Position numbers and translations under genes: made by a program. Below, one piece after another: positions 19,235 through 29,058 of a stretch of 64,000 nucleotides of DNA. Below the pieces are notes generated by a model. It ran no database searches. It saw nothing but the letters and a program-made list of their open reading frames with translations, and was not told the DNA's origin. How positions within the stretch are numbered: position 1 is the stretch's first letter; the number at the start of each line of letters is the position of its first letter. Source of the DNA: an uncultured virus (IMG/VR IMGVR_UViG_3300028595_000010) (lineage: Duplodnaviria; Heunggongvirae; Uroviricota; Caudoviricetes); the IMG/VR virus record IMGVR_UViG_3300028595_000010, one strand, 5' to 3'.

Positions 19235-20674
19235 ATGAAAGAACTCCTTCTTGAGTCTTACAAGACTACTTACAAGATGACTGGCATGGATCCATCTAAG
19301 CCTGGTAAAATCAAGGAAGTAATCTTGAATGACCAAGCCTTTGACGTTTACATGGAATCCCTCTCTGAGGGTCTCCGTGAAGGCGACAAGAAAGGCTTTA
19401 AAATGCTGGGCGAAAATACCAGAAAGGTCCTTCTTGAAAACTCCATGTATCAGTTGAATCCATATGAAACATTGGCGCTTCCTCTGCTCCGCGTTTTCTA
19501 TCCGAAGACCGTTGCTAAAGAACTTGTCACTGTTATTCCTATGGACAAACCTGAAATCATTCGTGGTTTTGTTCGTGCAACATTTAACCGTTTCGGCGAT
19601 AGCAACAACTATTCTGCTCCTTCCTACACTGACGTTTCCTCTGGTCCTTCCATTGGTGTTCCTGTAGCAGCAAGTGCAACAGTTGGCGCTACTACTGACA
19701 TTCTAGCTCTTGCTGGTCTTACTTCAGATGTTGCACACATCGAAAAGACTATCAAATTTGTTAGTGTTACTGACGGTGTTGAAACTCTCACTATTGAAGT
19801 TGAGCCAACTGTAGATGGCGAATTCTCATTCAGTGTTGATTTCACTGCTGGTACAGACGTCTTGACTGGTCGTATTAACTACCAAACAGGTCTGTTGAGT
19901 GTTGCAAGTGTTAATGGTGTTGCGACTGCTGTAGGATTCCAGGTAACTGTATCCTTGGAAGAAAATACCATCAACCCACGCGTTACTTTCAATATTGACA
20001 AGCTTCGTCTTGTTGCTAAGGACCGTCAGATCTCAACCGAATGGACAGTTCAGTTCGAGCAAGACATTAAAGCTCTCTTTAATGTCAACACTCAGGCCGA
20101 GCTTGTTTCTGTTATCGGTCAGCAGATCGTCCTTGACATTGACAGAGAAATTGTCAACTCCCTGATCTATGCAGCAGAAAATCTTGCTGGTGCTTCTCAC
20201 GTAGACACCTTTAGCAAGACTCCTCCTGTTACATATACCTGGGGTCCAAAGCAATGGCTCGAAAATATTATTCCTCCACTGAATAACCTCAGCGCGCAGG
20301 TATATAATGACACCAACATCAGTGCTGCAAACGTTATCGCTTGTAACCCAATTGATGCTGCTGTATTTGAGTCACTACAAGAATTCCGTTACACTGGTAC
20401 TTCCAGTGAAGATGGTGACCTCGGTTACGAAAGTGCCACTGTTGCTAATGGAAAATGGAAGATCCTGGTTTCTAATGTAGTTCCGCAAGGAAAGTCATTG
20501 ATGATTTACAAGCCTAATGAAGAAATTCGTTCAGTCTTCATCTTTGCTCCTTATGTACCTGCAGTTCTTACTCCATACCCACTGGGCAACATTCCGTCAT
20601 TGACGGTTCTGTCTAGATATGGATCACACCTAATTCGTCCTAACGGCATTGCAGTTCTCAATATTTCTGCATAA
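19235..20674 (+). CDS. Major capsid protein (T4 gp23-like)
   Basis: RQISTEWTVQFEQDIKALFNVNTQAELVSVIGQQIVLDIDREIV and IFAPYVP...SRYG match gp23-family motifs; codon usage looks highly expressed. Confidence 0.92.
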   Translation: MKELLLESYKTTYKMTGMDPSKPGKIKEVILNDQAFDVYMESLSEGLREGDKKGFKMLGENTRKVLLENSMYQLNPYETLALPLLRVFYPKTVAKELVTVIPMDKPEIIRGFVRATFNRFGDSNNYSAPSYTDVSSGPSIGVPVAASATVGATTDILALAGLTSDVAHIEKTIKFVSVTDGVETLTIEVEPTVDGEFSFSVDFTAGTDVLTGRINYQTGLLSVASVNGVATAVGFQVTVSLEENTINPRVTFNIDKLRLVAKDRQISTEWTVQFEQDIKALFNVNTQAELVSVIGQQIVLDIDREIVNSLIYAAENLAGASHVDTFSKTPPVTYTWGPKQWLENIIPPLNNLSAQVYNDTNISAANVIACNPIDAAVFESLQEFRYTGTSSEDGDLGYESATVANGKWKILVSNVVPQGKSLMIYKPNEEIRSVFIFAPYVPAVLTPYPLGNIPSLTVLSRYGSHLIRPNGIAVLNISA

Positions 20675-20694
20675 TTAGCTTAAGAACACCCCTT

Positions 20695-20727
20695 TCCCCT
20701 TGGTCATTAATTTGGCCAAGGGGATTT
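20695..20727 (+). terminator. Hairpin / terminator after capsid gene
   Basis: TCCCCTTGGTCA-TTAATT-TGGCCAAGGGGA-TTT. Confidence 0.75.
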
Positions 20728-20817
20728 CACTACGGCACAAGGAAGTTTAAACTGTATTTATATTTGATTTATTACATATATTCAAATATGAAGTTAATAT
20801 TATACTAAGGAAATTTT

Positions 20818-22515
20818 ATGTTTACAGAAAGAGATGTAGAAACTTTAAATTCCGCTATAAAATCTACTAACCCAAAAGGGTTATCACGATGTTTATCATG
20901 TAATCATCCCCATTTGTATGATAAACTGAAAACCTACCAATCAGAAACTAAACTTAAAAATCTTTCCGAATGCATTTTTTGGTTAGTAAATGACATGTCT
21001 GAGATTCCATTATGTCCAACATGCGGAAAACAGAAATTAAAGTTTAAAAGTCTTTCCTTAGGATACCAGAATGAATGTGGAAAATGCTCAGCAGGGAAAA
21101 ATTTAAAGAAAACGATGCTTGAAAAATATGGAGTAGAAAATGCAGCACATATAAAAGGAATTCAAGAAAAGAAAAAACAAACATGTTTGGATAAATATGG
21201 TGTAGAACATCATACACAAACACAAGAAGTCCAAGACAAGAAAAGAAAAACTTTACAAAATAGATACGGAGTAGATGCGCCGCTCCAACATCAACAATCC
21301 AAAGATAAATTCAAACAAACATGCTTGGATAAATATGGTGTAGAGCATCATACACAAACACAAGAAGTCCAAGACAAGAAAAAAAGCACTTGTCTTAAAA
21401 GATATGGGGTGGAAAATGTAATGAATGTTATAGATATAAAAAACAAAGCGAAAGAAACATATTATAAAAATTCTGGATTCTTTGGATATGCTGAAAAGTT
21501 AGCTAAATCTAAAGGTATGACACTAATTGCATATGATAAAGCATTAGATCCAGTCATATTAAGATGTGATGAATGCTCTAAAGAATTTTCAATAATATGG
21601 AATAGTTTTCAACAAAACGGATGTGTATGTCCTCACTGCTATCCTAAATATCATGGATTTTCTAAACAAGAAAAAGATATTGCTGAGTATATAAAATCTC
21701 TTGGAGTAAAAATAGAAGAAAATTCAAGAAAAATAATTTCTCCATATGAGTTAGATATTATAATTCCATCTGAAAAAATTGCGATTGAATATTGTGGATT
21801 ATATTTTCATTCGTCCGGGCCAAATTCTAATAGTGATAAAGATAAAAATTATCACTATGACAAACTTATAGCATGCAACAATGCCGGATATAGATTAATA
21901 ACTATATTTGAAGACGAATGGGTCAACTATCCCGGCGTAGTAAAATCTAAGATTTCGCAAATCCTCAATTGTTTTAGCGGTAAAAAATTTTATGCTAGAA
22001 AATGTATTGTTCAAAAAATAGAATCAGAAACAAAAACAGAATTTTTAAAATCATATCATTTACAAGGAGATGCTACCTCTTCAATCAATCTAGGCCTATT
22101 TTTTGAAAATGAATTGGTATCAGTCATGACGTTTTCAAAAGATAATAATGGATTGCAAATGCGAAGATTCTGTTGTAAAGAAAACACACAAGTAATAGGA
22201 GGAGCCAGTAAACTTCTATCATACTTTAAAAAATCTTACGAATGGTCATCAATTATTACATTTTCAGATAGACGATGGTCTACTGGAGAATTTTATAAGA
22301 CCTTAGGGTTTTCATTTAGTCATGCATCTGATCCAAATTATTGGTATTGGGGTAAATCAATTATAGGTCGCAGACATAGATCTAATTATCAAAAATCAAA
22401 ATTAAAAAATATGAAATCATACTCTGACACATTAACAGAGCATCAAATTATGGCACTAGAAGGTTATATCTGGATTTATGATTGCGGAAATCTGAAATTT
22501 ACATTAACCAAATAG
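20818..22515 (+). CDS. Free-standing putative homing endonuclease (Zn ribbons, KYGVE repeats, Vsr-like PD-(D/E)xK domain, C-terminal GNAT-like domain)
   Basis: CPTC, repeated KxTCLxKYGVE, ELDIIIP.EKIAIEYCGLYFH, ITIFEDEW, GGASKLL...FSDRRWS.G..Y..LGF. Confidence 0.72.
   Translation: MFTERDVETLNSAIKSTNPKGLSRCLSCNHPHLYDKLKTYQSETKLKNLSECIFWLVNDMSEIPLCPTCGKQKLKFKSLSLGYQNECGKCSAGKNLKKTMLEKYGVENAAHIKGIQEKKKQTCLDKYGVEHHTQTQEVQDKKRKTLQNRYGVDAPLQHQQSKDKFKQTCLDKYGVEHHTQTQEVQDKKKSTCLKRYGVENVMNVIDIKNKAKETYYKNSGFFGYAEKLAKSKGMTLIAYDKALDPVILRCDECSKEFSIIWNSFQQNGCVCPHCYPKYHGFSKQEKDIAEYIKSLGVKIEENSRKIISPYELDIIIPSEKIAIEYCGLYFHSSGPNSNSDKDKNYHYDKLIACNNAGYRLITIFEDEWVNYPGVVKSKISQILNCFSGKKFYARKCIVQKIESETKTEFLKSYHLQGDATSSINLGLFFENELVSVMTFSKDNNGLQMRRFCCKENTQVIGGASKLLSYFKKSYEWSSIITFSDRRWSTGEFYKTLGFSFSHASDPNYWYWGKSIIGRRHRSNYQKSKLKNMKSYSDTLTEHQIMALEGYIWIYDCGNLKFTLTK
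21175..21382 (+). repeat. 70-bp direct repeat within the endonuclease gene
   Basis: 21175-21244 vs 21313-21382; two synonymous differences; 138-bp offset. Confidence 0.9.
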
Positions 22516-22531
22516 CAATATATCTAATATT

Positions 22532-22566
22532 GAGTCAGTAGGAATTTAAAAAGTTCTTATTGACTT
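22532..22566 (+). other. 16-bp RNA stem-loop after the endonuclease gene
   Basis: GAGTCAGTAGGAATTT-AAA-AAGTTCTTATTGACTT is fully paired on the + strand with four G-U pairs. Confidence 0.6.
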
Positions 22567-22634
22567 CAACTAGATCTACACTATACTCATTTTCTACTCC
22601 CTCAATCCTTCTTTTTTGCCCAAAAAAGTTTTAA

Positions 22635-22648
22635 GAACAAATATAAAA
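22635..22648 (+). promoter_or_regulatory. GAACAAA motif (putative late promoter)
   Basis: GAACAAATATAAAA upstream of ATG 22662. Confidence 0.6.
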
Positions 22649-22661
22649 GAGAATTTTTTAA

Positions 22662-22934
22662 ATGACTATTCATAAGATTCCTGTTGCTATAATCTTTGAA
22701 TCTGATTCATTGAATGAAGAAAAGAAATGGATTCAAAAAGCTGTACCACCATCACACGAAGGACAATTTAAAGCGTGGTGCAACAAACATGGTTTCAATG
22801 GAGTTAGCCAAGCTTGCATTAATAAAGCCACAGCAAAGAAACAGGACGGCAGCGCTCAATATCCAGACGCTATAAGAATGGCGAACTTTGCAATAAATGT
22901 AAGTAAAGGTAAATACAAGCATCCCAATAAGTAG
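22662..22934 (+). CDS. Small basic protein with IP.xI[IL]FE leader (putative internal head protein)
   Basis: N-terminus MTIHKIPVAIIFESDSLNE matches the leaders at 62009, 62331 and 62687. Confidence 0.6.
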   Translation: MTIHKIPVAIIFESDSLNEEKKWIQKAVPPSHEGQFKAWCNKHGFNGVSQACINKATAKKQDGSAQYPDAIRMANFAINVSKGKYKHPNK

Positions 22935-22984
22935 AAACTACAACTCCAGAACAAAATAATAAACAATCAAGCAGGTACATGTAA

Positions 22985-24727
22985 ATGAAATCATATGGAC
23001 TAGATATGCTTGGCCCATTAGTCTTGGAGCGTGTCGAAACTCTTCCGACTTGGACTGCGGCCATGGAAGGAAGAATTATTTATAATGAAGCAGACACAAC
23101 AGTCTATTTGGCCACATCATCTGGTTGGACTCATCTAGGATCTGGTGGTGGATCTATTAGTGATGAGGCATATGATCCAACTACATGGGATGGAATAGCA
23201 ACAGTTGGAGCATCTAAAAATGCGTTGAGAGATAAATATTTTTCAACTGATGAAATTATTAATAAACTCCTTCCTGCTAAACCTCCATATCTTTCAGATG
23301 TTGTTTTAGTTATTACTCCTGACTCAGGATCTATATATAATGCAAACAGATCTTCAGGCACAACAATTCAGACAATATCGCCAGGAGTCTTGGCAACTGC
23401 TGTTGATATTCTTGATGATCCAAAACCATCAGGAGTTTCAGCAAGAGAATTTTATGATGGAAATAATGGAGAACTGTCTGGTAAAGTTGACAATCTAGAT
23501 GGAGGTCATCGAACTTTAACCACTAGCTCAGATGTTGGAACATACATCGGTCTATCTGGAAGAATGGAAATAACTAAAGATGCTGATTACTATTCCGGTC
23601 AAGGAACCCCAAAAGAAGGCTTCTGGTGGGCATTACTGGCCAAGGTGACTCCTAATTCATCTTTGGGTATAGGAGAGCATCTATACGCCTTAATTCATTC
23701 AATGACCGGCACTAGTCAGAAAGCATGGATCCTTGATGATCCTTCAACTCCCAATATTACTGGATACAGTGTATCTCCAGGATCAACAACTGCAAAATGG
23801 CTTAGTGGTGTTCCTTCTGTAAATGCAGGAGATACATTCAGTTGCACCTTCAATGTTAACAACGCAGTAAGCGAATGTTACAATCCAACTCAAATAGCAC
23901 AAATTATAAGTTCAGCAATTCAAGCAACAATCAATTTGAATTTCTCAAGCACTCCATCCAAAGGAGATGTGTTATTTGTATCTGGAAACACACAAGCGCA
24001 AGTTGGTAGTGGGGTATACACTGAAAATGCTCAATTTACGTTTAGAGGATATAACTCTAAAGGAGAAACAGGAGAAATATCAACTTCCTCTGGTGTTAGA
24101 GTTGATACAGTAAGTCCTCTTGAACAAGCTGATTACGATAATCACGGATTTTCAGATCAGCCTTTTAGAGTTCAATCAGGTACTGGAATGTATCCAGCAA
24201 ACACTCCAATTAATTATGGAGATGTTTTTGATCCAATACAATCACTAGAGCTATCTAGCGAGCTTCAATTAATAAATGGAAAAGTTCAGTGGCCTCCTGC
24301 TTCAAATTATTCATCAAACATTCCTTTAGCAGGTCCGAATTATTTATCATTATCTGGTGAAAGTTATCCCCCACTTTCAGATGTTAGATGGTATACTAGA
24401 AAACTTGGATCAGTAACTGCTATAACTGGTTTTACAATTACTATTGAAGGATCTGAAAATTTTAGTTCTGTAGTAGAAACAGATATGATTCTCCAAGCTA
24501 AAGTTGCTGGAGTCACTGGTTGGGTAGATGTGAATCTTGCCTATCCAGGTACAGGAAATCCAAATGGAGATGGAGATGCAGCATTGGTTGTAGGCTCATC
24601 TACTGGTACCACAAAGCGAGGAACATTTGGATCAGCAGCGAAGACGGGCGATCTATATATCAGAATCGGAATTCCAAAATCTTCATCGAAAAAGTTTTCA
24701 TCAATTAAATTGCTTGCAGTATCATAA
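22985..24727 (+). CDS. Virion structural / fibre protein
   Basis: S/T/G-rich beta protein; its N-terminal module is shared with tail-collar fibres 41961 and 44632. Confidence 0.65.
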   Translation: MKSYGLDMLGPLVLERVETLPTWTAAMEGRIIYNEADTTVYLATSSGWTHLGSGGGSISDEAYDPTTWDGIATVGASKNALRDKYFSTDEIINKLLPAKPPYLSDVVLVITPDSGSIYNANRSSGTTIQTISPGVLATAVDILDDPKPSGVSAREFYDGNNGELSGKVDNLDGGHRTLTTSSDVGTYIGLSGRMEITKDADYYSGQGTPKEGFWWALLAKVTPNSSLGIGEHLYALIHSMTGTSQKAWILDDPSTPNITGYSVSPGSTTAKWLSGVPSVNAGDTFSCTFNVNNAVSECYNPTQIAQIISSAIQATINLNFSSTPSKGDVLFVSGNTQAQVGSGVYTENAQFTFRGYNSKGETGEISTSSGVRVDTVSPLEQADYDNHGFSDQPFRVQSGTGMYPANTPINYGDVFDPIQSLELSSELQLINGKVQWPPASNYSSNIPLAGPNYLSLSGESYPPLSDVRWYTRKLGSVTAITGFTITIEGSENFSSVVETDMILQAKVAGVTGWVDVNLAYPGTGNPNGDGDAALVVGSSTGTTKRGTFGSAAKTGDLYIRIGIPKSSSKKFSSIKLLAVS

Positions 24728-24740
24728 TAGGTGACGTCTT

Positions 24741-25562
24741 ATGGCTATAACAGATTCACAAAAAACTAATACACTTTTTAAAAAGCTGTTAGAAAAATCT
24801 CAGTCAGATGTCGATAAGCAGTTTTTCGAAGAGTTAAATACTCATAAAAAAGTATTACAACAAGATATTTGGGAAAATACCCCAAGTAGAACAACTCCGT
24901 CTGATTCAGTAACTGCTGGAATTATCTCACTAGTATCATCTCAAGCTTTTATTCATATCGCAGGAACTGATGCTGGGTATAGATTATTGGGAATTGAAAA
25001 TTTAATTCCTTTTAACTATGGCGATGTTGGAAGTACTGCTGAGCAGCTTGCTCCTACTGGATACAATTATGTACTAAAAACTGCTGGCGGAACAACTATT
25101 CCATTTGGATTGAATGATTGGTATATAGATCCCGACTCTGCTACTCTGATTTTCTTCGGAGGAAATCCTCCAGGAGTATCTCCATCGACTCCTCCTGTTA
25201 TTACATGTTATAGATATAGTGGAAGTTTAGGCGCAGCAACTGAAAATGCACTAAATGGATTTATTGAAAAAGTTAAAGTTAAAACTTATACTTTAGTTCA
25301 AGAAACTAATTTTTCAGGAGTTTTAACTGCTCTTGTAGCTCAATCAACTAATGTATCTGCATCAGGTATTTTGTCATTAGCAGTAAATGGGACGCCAGTA
25401 ACATTCAATGGAGGACCATTTATTATATCTGGTGTGACAGAAACTAACGATACTATTTCTACTGGAGGAGAATTTTCAGCAGGAGATAGAATTACTATGA
25501 CTGCTTCTAGTGTATCTGATTTAGAAGATATGGGCTTTACGATGAAATATGATAGGGCATAA
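24741..25562 (+). CDS. Probable virion structural protein
   Basis: S/T/G-rich, located in the appendage operon. Confidence 0.55.
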   Translation: MAITDSQKTNTLFKKLLEKSQSDVDKQFFEELNTHKKVLQQDIWENTPSRTTPSDSVTAGIISLVSSQAFIHIAGTDAGYRLLGIENLIPFNYGDVGSTAEQLAPTGYNYVLKTAGGTTIPFGLNDWYIDPDSATLIFFGGNPPGVSPSTPPVITCYRYSGSLGAATENALNGFIEKVKVKTYTLVQETNFSGVLTALVAQSTNVSASGILSLAVNGTPVTFNGGPFIISGVTETNDTISTGGEFSAGDRITMTASSVSDLEDMGFTMKYDRA

Positions 25563-25568
25563 AGTATA

Positions 25569-26432
25569 ATGGACTGGATTTTTATACCCGCTAAGGACAA
25601 CTATGAATACGAACCTTGTCTAGAACCTAATGCGGAATACGAACCTTGTCCTTCTTCTTCAAGTTCCTCTAGTGGTGGTATTACTAGTTCCTCTTCTAGT
25701 TCCTCTAGTAGCAGTGGAATAAGTAGTAGTTCAAGTTCCTCTTCTAGTTCCTCTAGTAGCAGTGGAATAAGTAGTAGTTCAAGTTCCTCTAGTGGTGGTA
25801 TTATTAGTTCCTCTTCTAGTTCCTCTAGTAGCAGTGGAATAAGTAGTAGTTCAAGTTCCTCTTCTAGTTCCTCTTCTAGTTCCTCTAGTAGCAGTGGAAT
25901 AAGTAGTAGTTCAAGTTCCTCTTCTAGTTCCTCTAGTTCTTCATCGGGATCTAGTAACAACGAATGTATTTGGAGTTTCGAAGGAACATGGTCTTGCGGC
26001 ACAGCATCAGGATCTGTGGATTCAACAACATTTGAAGGATGCGCGGATCCAGCTAGTTACACACTCGACACATGGATCTTGGTTCAATCGTCGGGCTACC
26101 CAGTGACCTGCGAATATATAATGTACCGCTCTGCCGGCTCATGTTCTGGTGATGGAGATTGCACATCTCCTCCATCTACGCCCAGTGCACCTACTGGAGT
26201 CGGATGCATTTGTAATCCTTGGTATTGTGTCAAAATTGAACAGTGGTCCGGTGGTAGCAATTGCGCTGGTGCTCCGACGTCCACCTCCCATTCCTGTATG
26301 CGCATGGCCGATATCGTGATGTACGGCGGCTGGGAGACATGCTACGACTACGGTAGCGGCTGCGTCAAACTTTACAACGATGGTGGTCCATATGAATCGG
26401 AAAGTGCATGTGAAGCTTGTCCCAATTGTTAA
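25569..26432 (+). CDS. Poly-serine plus cysteine-rich protein
   Basis: About 100-residue Ser tract punctuated by GI/GGI, then a Cys-rich domain. Confidence 0.75.
   Translation: MDWIFIPAKDNYEYEPCLEPNAEYEPCPSSSSSSSGGITSSSSSSSSSSGISSSSSSSSSSSSSSGISSSSSSSSGGIISSSSSSSSSSGISSSSSSSSSSSSSSSSSSGISSSSSSSSSSSSSSSGSSNNECIWSFEGTWSCGTASGSVDSTTFEGCADPASYTLDTWILVQSSGYPVTCEYIMYRSAGSCSGDGDCTSPPSTPSAPTGVGCICNPWYCVKIEQWSGGSNCAGAPTSTSHSCMRMADIVMYGGWETCYDYGSGCVKLYNDGGPYESESACEACPNC
25652..25956 (+). repeat. Tandem repeats encoding poly-Ser
   Basis: Recurring TAGTTCCTCTTCTAGTTCCTCTAGTAGCAGTGGAATAAGTAGTAGTTCAAGTTCCTC units. Confidence 0.9.
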
Positions 26433-26462
26433 TGATTTTAATGAACTAATTGGTAATAGATT

Positions 26463-29033
26463 ATGGACAATATAATTCTGCCCGGTTATCAAGGTGCAGT
26501 AGTAAAAGTTGACGGAAATTGTTATATATTCAAACAATATACTGCATCCTCATCTACTCATACTACAGTAGAAGGGGTATATGCAACTTGTATAGATTGT
26601 AATAGTAGTTCTAGTTCATCTAGTAGTTCTTCATCGTCAGGAATATCGTCTAGTAGCAGCTCAACAAGTTCTTCAAGTAGTTCTTCAAGTAGTTCCTCTA
26701 CATCATCAAGTAGCAGCTCAACAAGTTCTTCAAGTAGTTTATCTAGTAGCAGCTCAACAAGTTCTTCAAGTAGTTTATCTAGTAGCAGCTCAACAAGTTC
26801 TTCAAGTAGTTTATCTAGTAGCAGCTCAACAAGTTCTTCAAGTAGTTTATCTAGTAGCAGCTCAACAAGTTCTTCAAGTAGTTCCTCTACATCATCAAGT
26901 AGCAGCTCAACAAGTTCTTCAAGTAGTTCTTCTAGCACCTCAAATTTTGTTTTCATTGATAACATGAATGGATTAGGTGATGACTTTGAAGACATATCCG
27001 AAGGAGGAGTAGACAGTCCCCATACAATTACAGCTAATGGGGATGCTACTCAGATTAAAACTGCTCCCGGTCCTTTTGCTGATGGAGTTGGTTCGTTTGA
27101 TGGAACAGGCGATACATTATCAATTCCTGATAGTGATGATTGGTCATATGGGTCCGATGATTTTACTATGCGCGCATGGGTACGGTGGGAGGCTTTGTCT
27201 TCTACACAATATTATTTCTATGCTCAAGGAAATTCACCAATTATTTCATGGTACCATGATCATAGCACCAATGAATTGGTATTCTTTGATTACAATGGAA
27301 GTAGCTATTTAATTGAATTCTATTGTTCGTGGACACCAGTAATTGATACATGGTATCATATTGAACTAGTACGAGATGGAAATACATGGTACATGTTTAT
27401 CAATGGCGAAAGTCAAAGTTTGACTTTACGCAACGGTTCTTATTCGGCTACGTTGGGTAATTACTCATCTACGCTATACATTAATAGTCGTAATAATTCC
27501 ACTGGTTTCCATAATGGCCAAATGTGTGATTTTGAGGTGTCTGCAACAGCAAGACATACATCTAATTTTACCCCTCCATCTCGCCTATCTTCAGATTCCG
27601 ATACAAAATTATTACTACCCATGACAGCCGATCTGGACGGGTCAACGACATTCACAGACTCGTCAGGTAGACATACAGTCACCGCCAATGGTGATGCCGC
27701 AATCAGGAAACAAGTATTCAGCCCATTCGAGTGTCAGGCCGGAAGCTTTGATGGAACAGGCGATTATCTTAGTGTACCCGATAGTTCTGATTGGGATTTG
27801 GGAACTGGCGATGCAACTATAAGAACTTGGGTGTATTTCGATACACTCAGTTCTTCCCACGGAATCTTTACGCTGAAACAAGACCAAGACAATAGGGTCG
27901 GTTTTCGTTGGAATCATAGTAATAACAAATGGGCATTATATGCTTTATCAGGAGCATCTTCTGTTATAGACAAGGCATTCTCTGACTCTATCGCTCAAAC
28001 TGGTTGGTACTACATCTGCCTGGTGAAGAACGGCTCTACATATGACTTTTATCGAGATGGTGTAAAATTATCAGAAGCCGGTACTGATGGGGCATGGCCA
28101 AATTTAACGGCAGATTTGGACATTGGGCGTGCCGACTACATTACTTCCTTCCAGTATTTAGACGGTAAAATGGCAGACTTTGAAATCATAAAAGGTACTG
28201 CTATTACTGATTTCTCAGCTCCTACTGAACGCCTCACAAAGCAGGCAAACACCGTCCTTCTCGTTCCTATGAATGGCCTCGATCCAGACGGCTGGGAAGA
28301 CATTAGCGATAATACTCACACAATTACAGTAAACGGCAACGCCTTCATTGAGTCTGACGCGAGCGATCCATATGTTGATGGATGTAGCGAATTTGATGGC
28401 ACAGGCGATTATCTTAGTGTGCCTGATAGCGATGACTGGGATTTTGGGTCTGGTGACTTTACCGTTGAGTTCTTTCTCCGGTCATCCTTCATATCCGACA
28501 CATGGGACAAGTTCATCGTAGGCAGTAAAACTGATAGAGACGCCGGTACCGGATGGGCGTTCGCTATGGCTTCCCCTCAGAATCTTGGGAATGTTCTCTT
28601 TTGGAGTGGGGTCAATCAAACTCTTTCCAATGCATTGGGGTATGATACTGGACCAGATGTGAATGATAACACATGGCGCCATATCGCAGTAAGCAGAGAC
28701 GGAAACACCTATCGCCTGTTTGTAGATGGGACAATGGTTGACACCAATTCAGAGTCGGAAGCGGTTAATGCTGATGGAGATTTGTATGTAGGATCAAGCT
28801 TAGATCTGAATACCAACAGGTATTTTCCAGGCTATCTCGGCCCCACACGCATTTCCAAGGGCATAGCTCTTTACACATCTAATTTCACACCTCCAAATGC
28901 TCTATTTGTGGGCGCCTTTGGAGGAGATCTTGATGGGGGATCTCCAGGAGAGGCTGAGACAAACGTAGTGGATGGAGGAAGCGTTCCAAACCAAGCACCT
29001 TCAAATGTTTATGACGGCGGATCCTTGGGATAA
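26463..29033 (+). CDS. Poly-serine-stalked protein with three LamG/ConA-like domains (probable receptor-binding appendage)
   Basis: About 110-residue Ser/Thr tract, then three FDGTGD.LS.PDS.DW..G..DFT...W.HI....G......F.DG repeats; ends with DGGS repeats. Confidence 0.82.
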   Translation: MDNIILPGYQGAVVKVDGNCYIFKQYTASSSTHTTVEGVYATCIDCNSSSSSSSSSSSSGISSSSSSTSSSSSSSSSSSTSSSSSSTSSSSSLSSSSSTSSSSSLSSSSSTSSSSSLSSSSSTSSSSSLSSSSSTSSSSSSSTSSSSSSTSSSSSSSSTSNFVFIDNMNGLGDDFEDISEGGVDSPHTITANGDATQIKTAPGPFADGVGSFDGTGDTLSIPDSDDWSYGSDDFTMRAWVRWEALSSTQYYFYAQGNSPIISWYHDHSTNELVFFDYNGSSYLIEFYCSWTPVIDTWYHIELVRDGNTWYMFINGESQSLTLRNGSYSATLGNYSSTLYINSRNNSTGFHNGQMCDFEVSATARHTSNFTPPSRLSSDSDTKLLLPMTADLDGSTTFTDSSGRHTVTANGDAAIRKQVFSPFECQAGSFDGTGDYLSVPDSSDWDLGTGDATIRTWVYFDTLSSSHGIFTLKQDQDNRVGFRWNHSNNKWALYALSGASSVIDKAFSDSIAQTGWYYICLVKNGSTYDFYRDGVKLSEAGTDGAWPNLTADLDIGRADYITSFQYLDGKMADFEIIKGTAITDFSAPTERLTKQANTVLLVPMNGLDPDGWEDISDNTHTITVNGNAFIESDASDPYVDGCSEFDGTGDYLSVPDSDDWDFGSGDFTVEFFLRSSFISDTWDKFIVGSKTDRDAGTGWAFAMASPQNLGNVLFWSGVNQTLSNALGYDTGPDVNDNTWRHIAVSRDGNTYRLFVDGTMVDTNSESEAVNADGDLYVGSSLDLNTNRYFPGYLGPTRISKGIALYTSNFTPPNALFVGAFGGDLDGGSPGEAETNVVDGGSVPNQAPSNVYDGGSLG
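26604..26942 (+). repeat. 36-bp tandem repeats encoding SSSSSTSSSSSL
   Basis: TCTAGTAGCAGCTCAACAAGTTCTTCAAGTAGTTTA at 26742, 26778 and 26814, with variant units on either side. Confidence 0.9.
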
Positions 29034-29058
29034 AGCCAATATACAGGAGTAATGAACA

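Noticed and set aside
25652..26942. Tandem repeats as a CRISPR array
   Set aside because: No unique spacers; the repeats are in-frame coding sequence; no cas genes.
25601..26995. Minus-strand Leu/Glu-rich ORFs (25601..26002, 26558..26995)
   Set aside because: Antisense shadows of the poly-Ser repeats.
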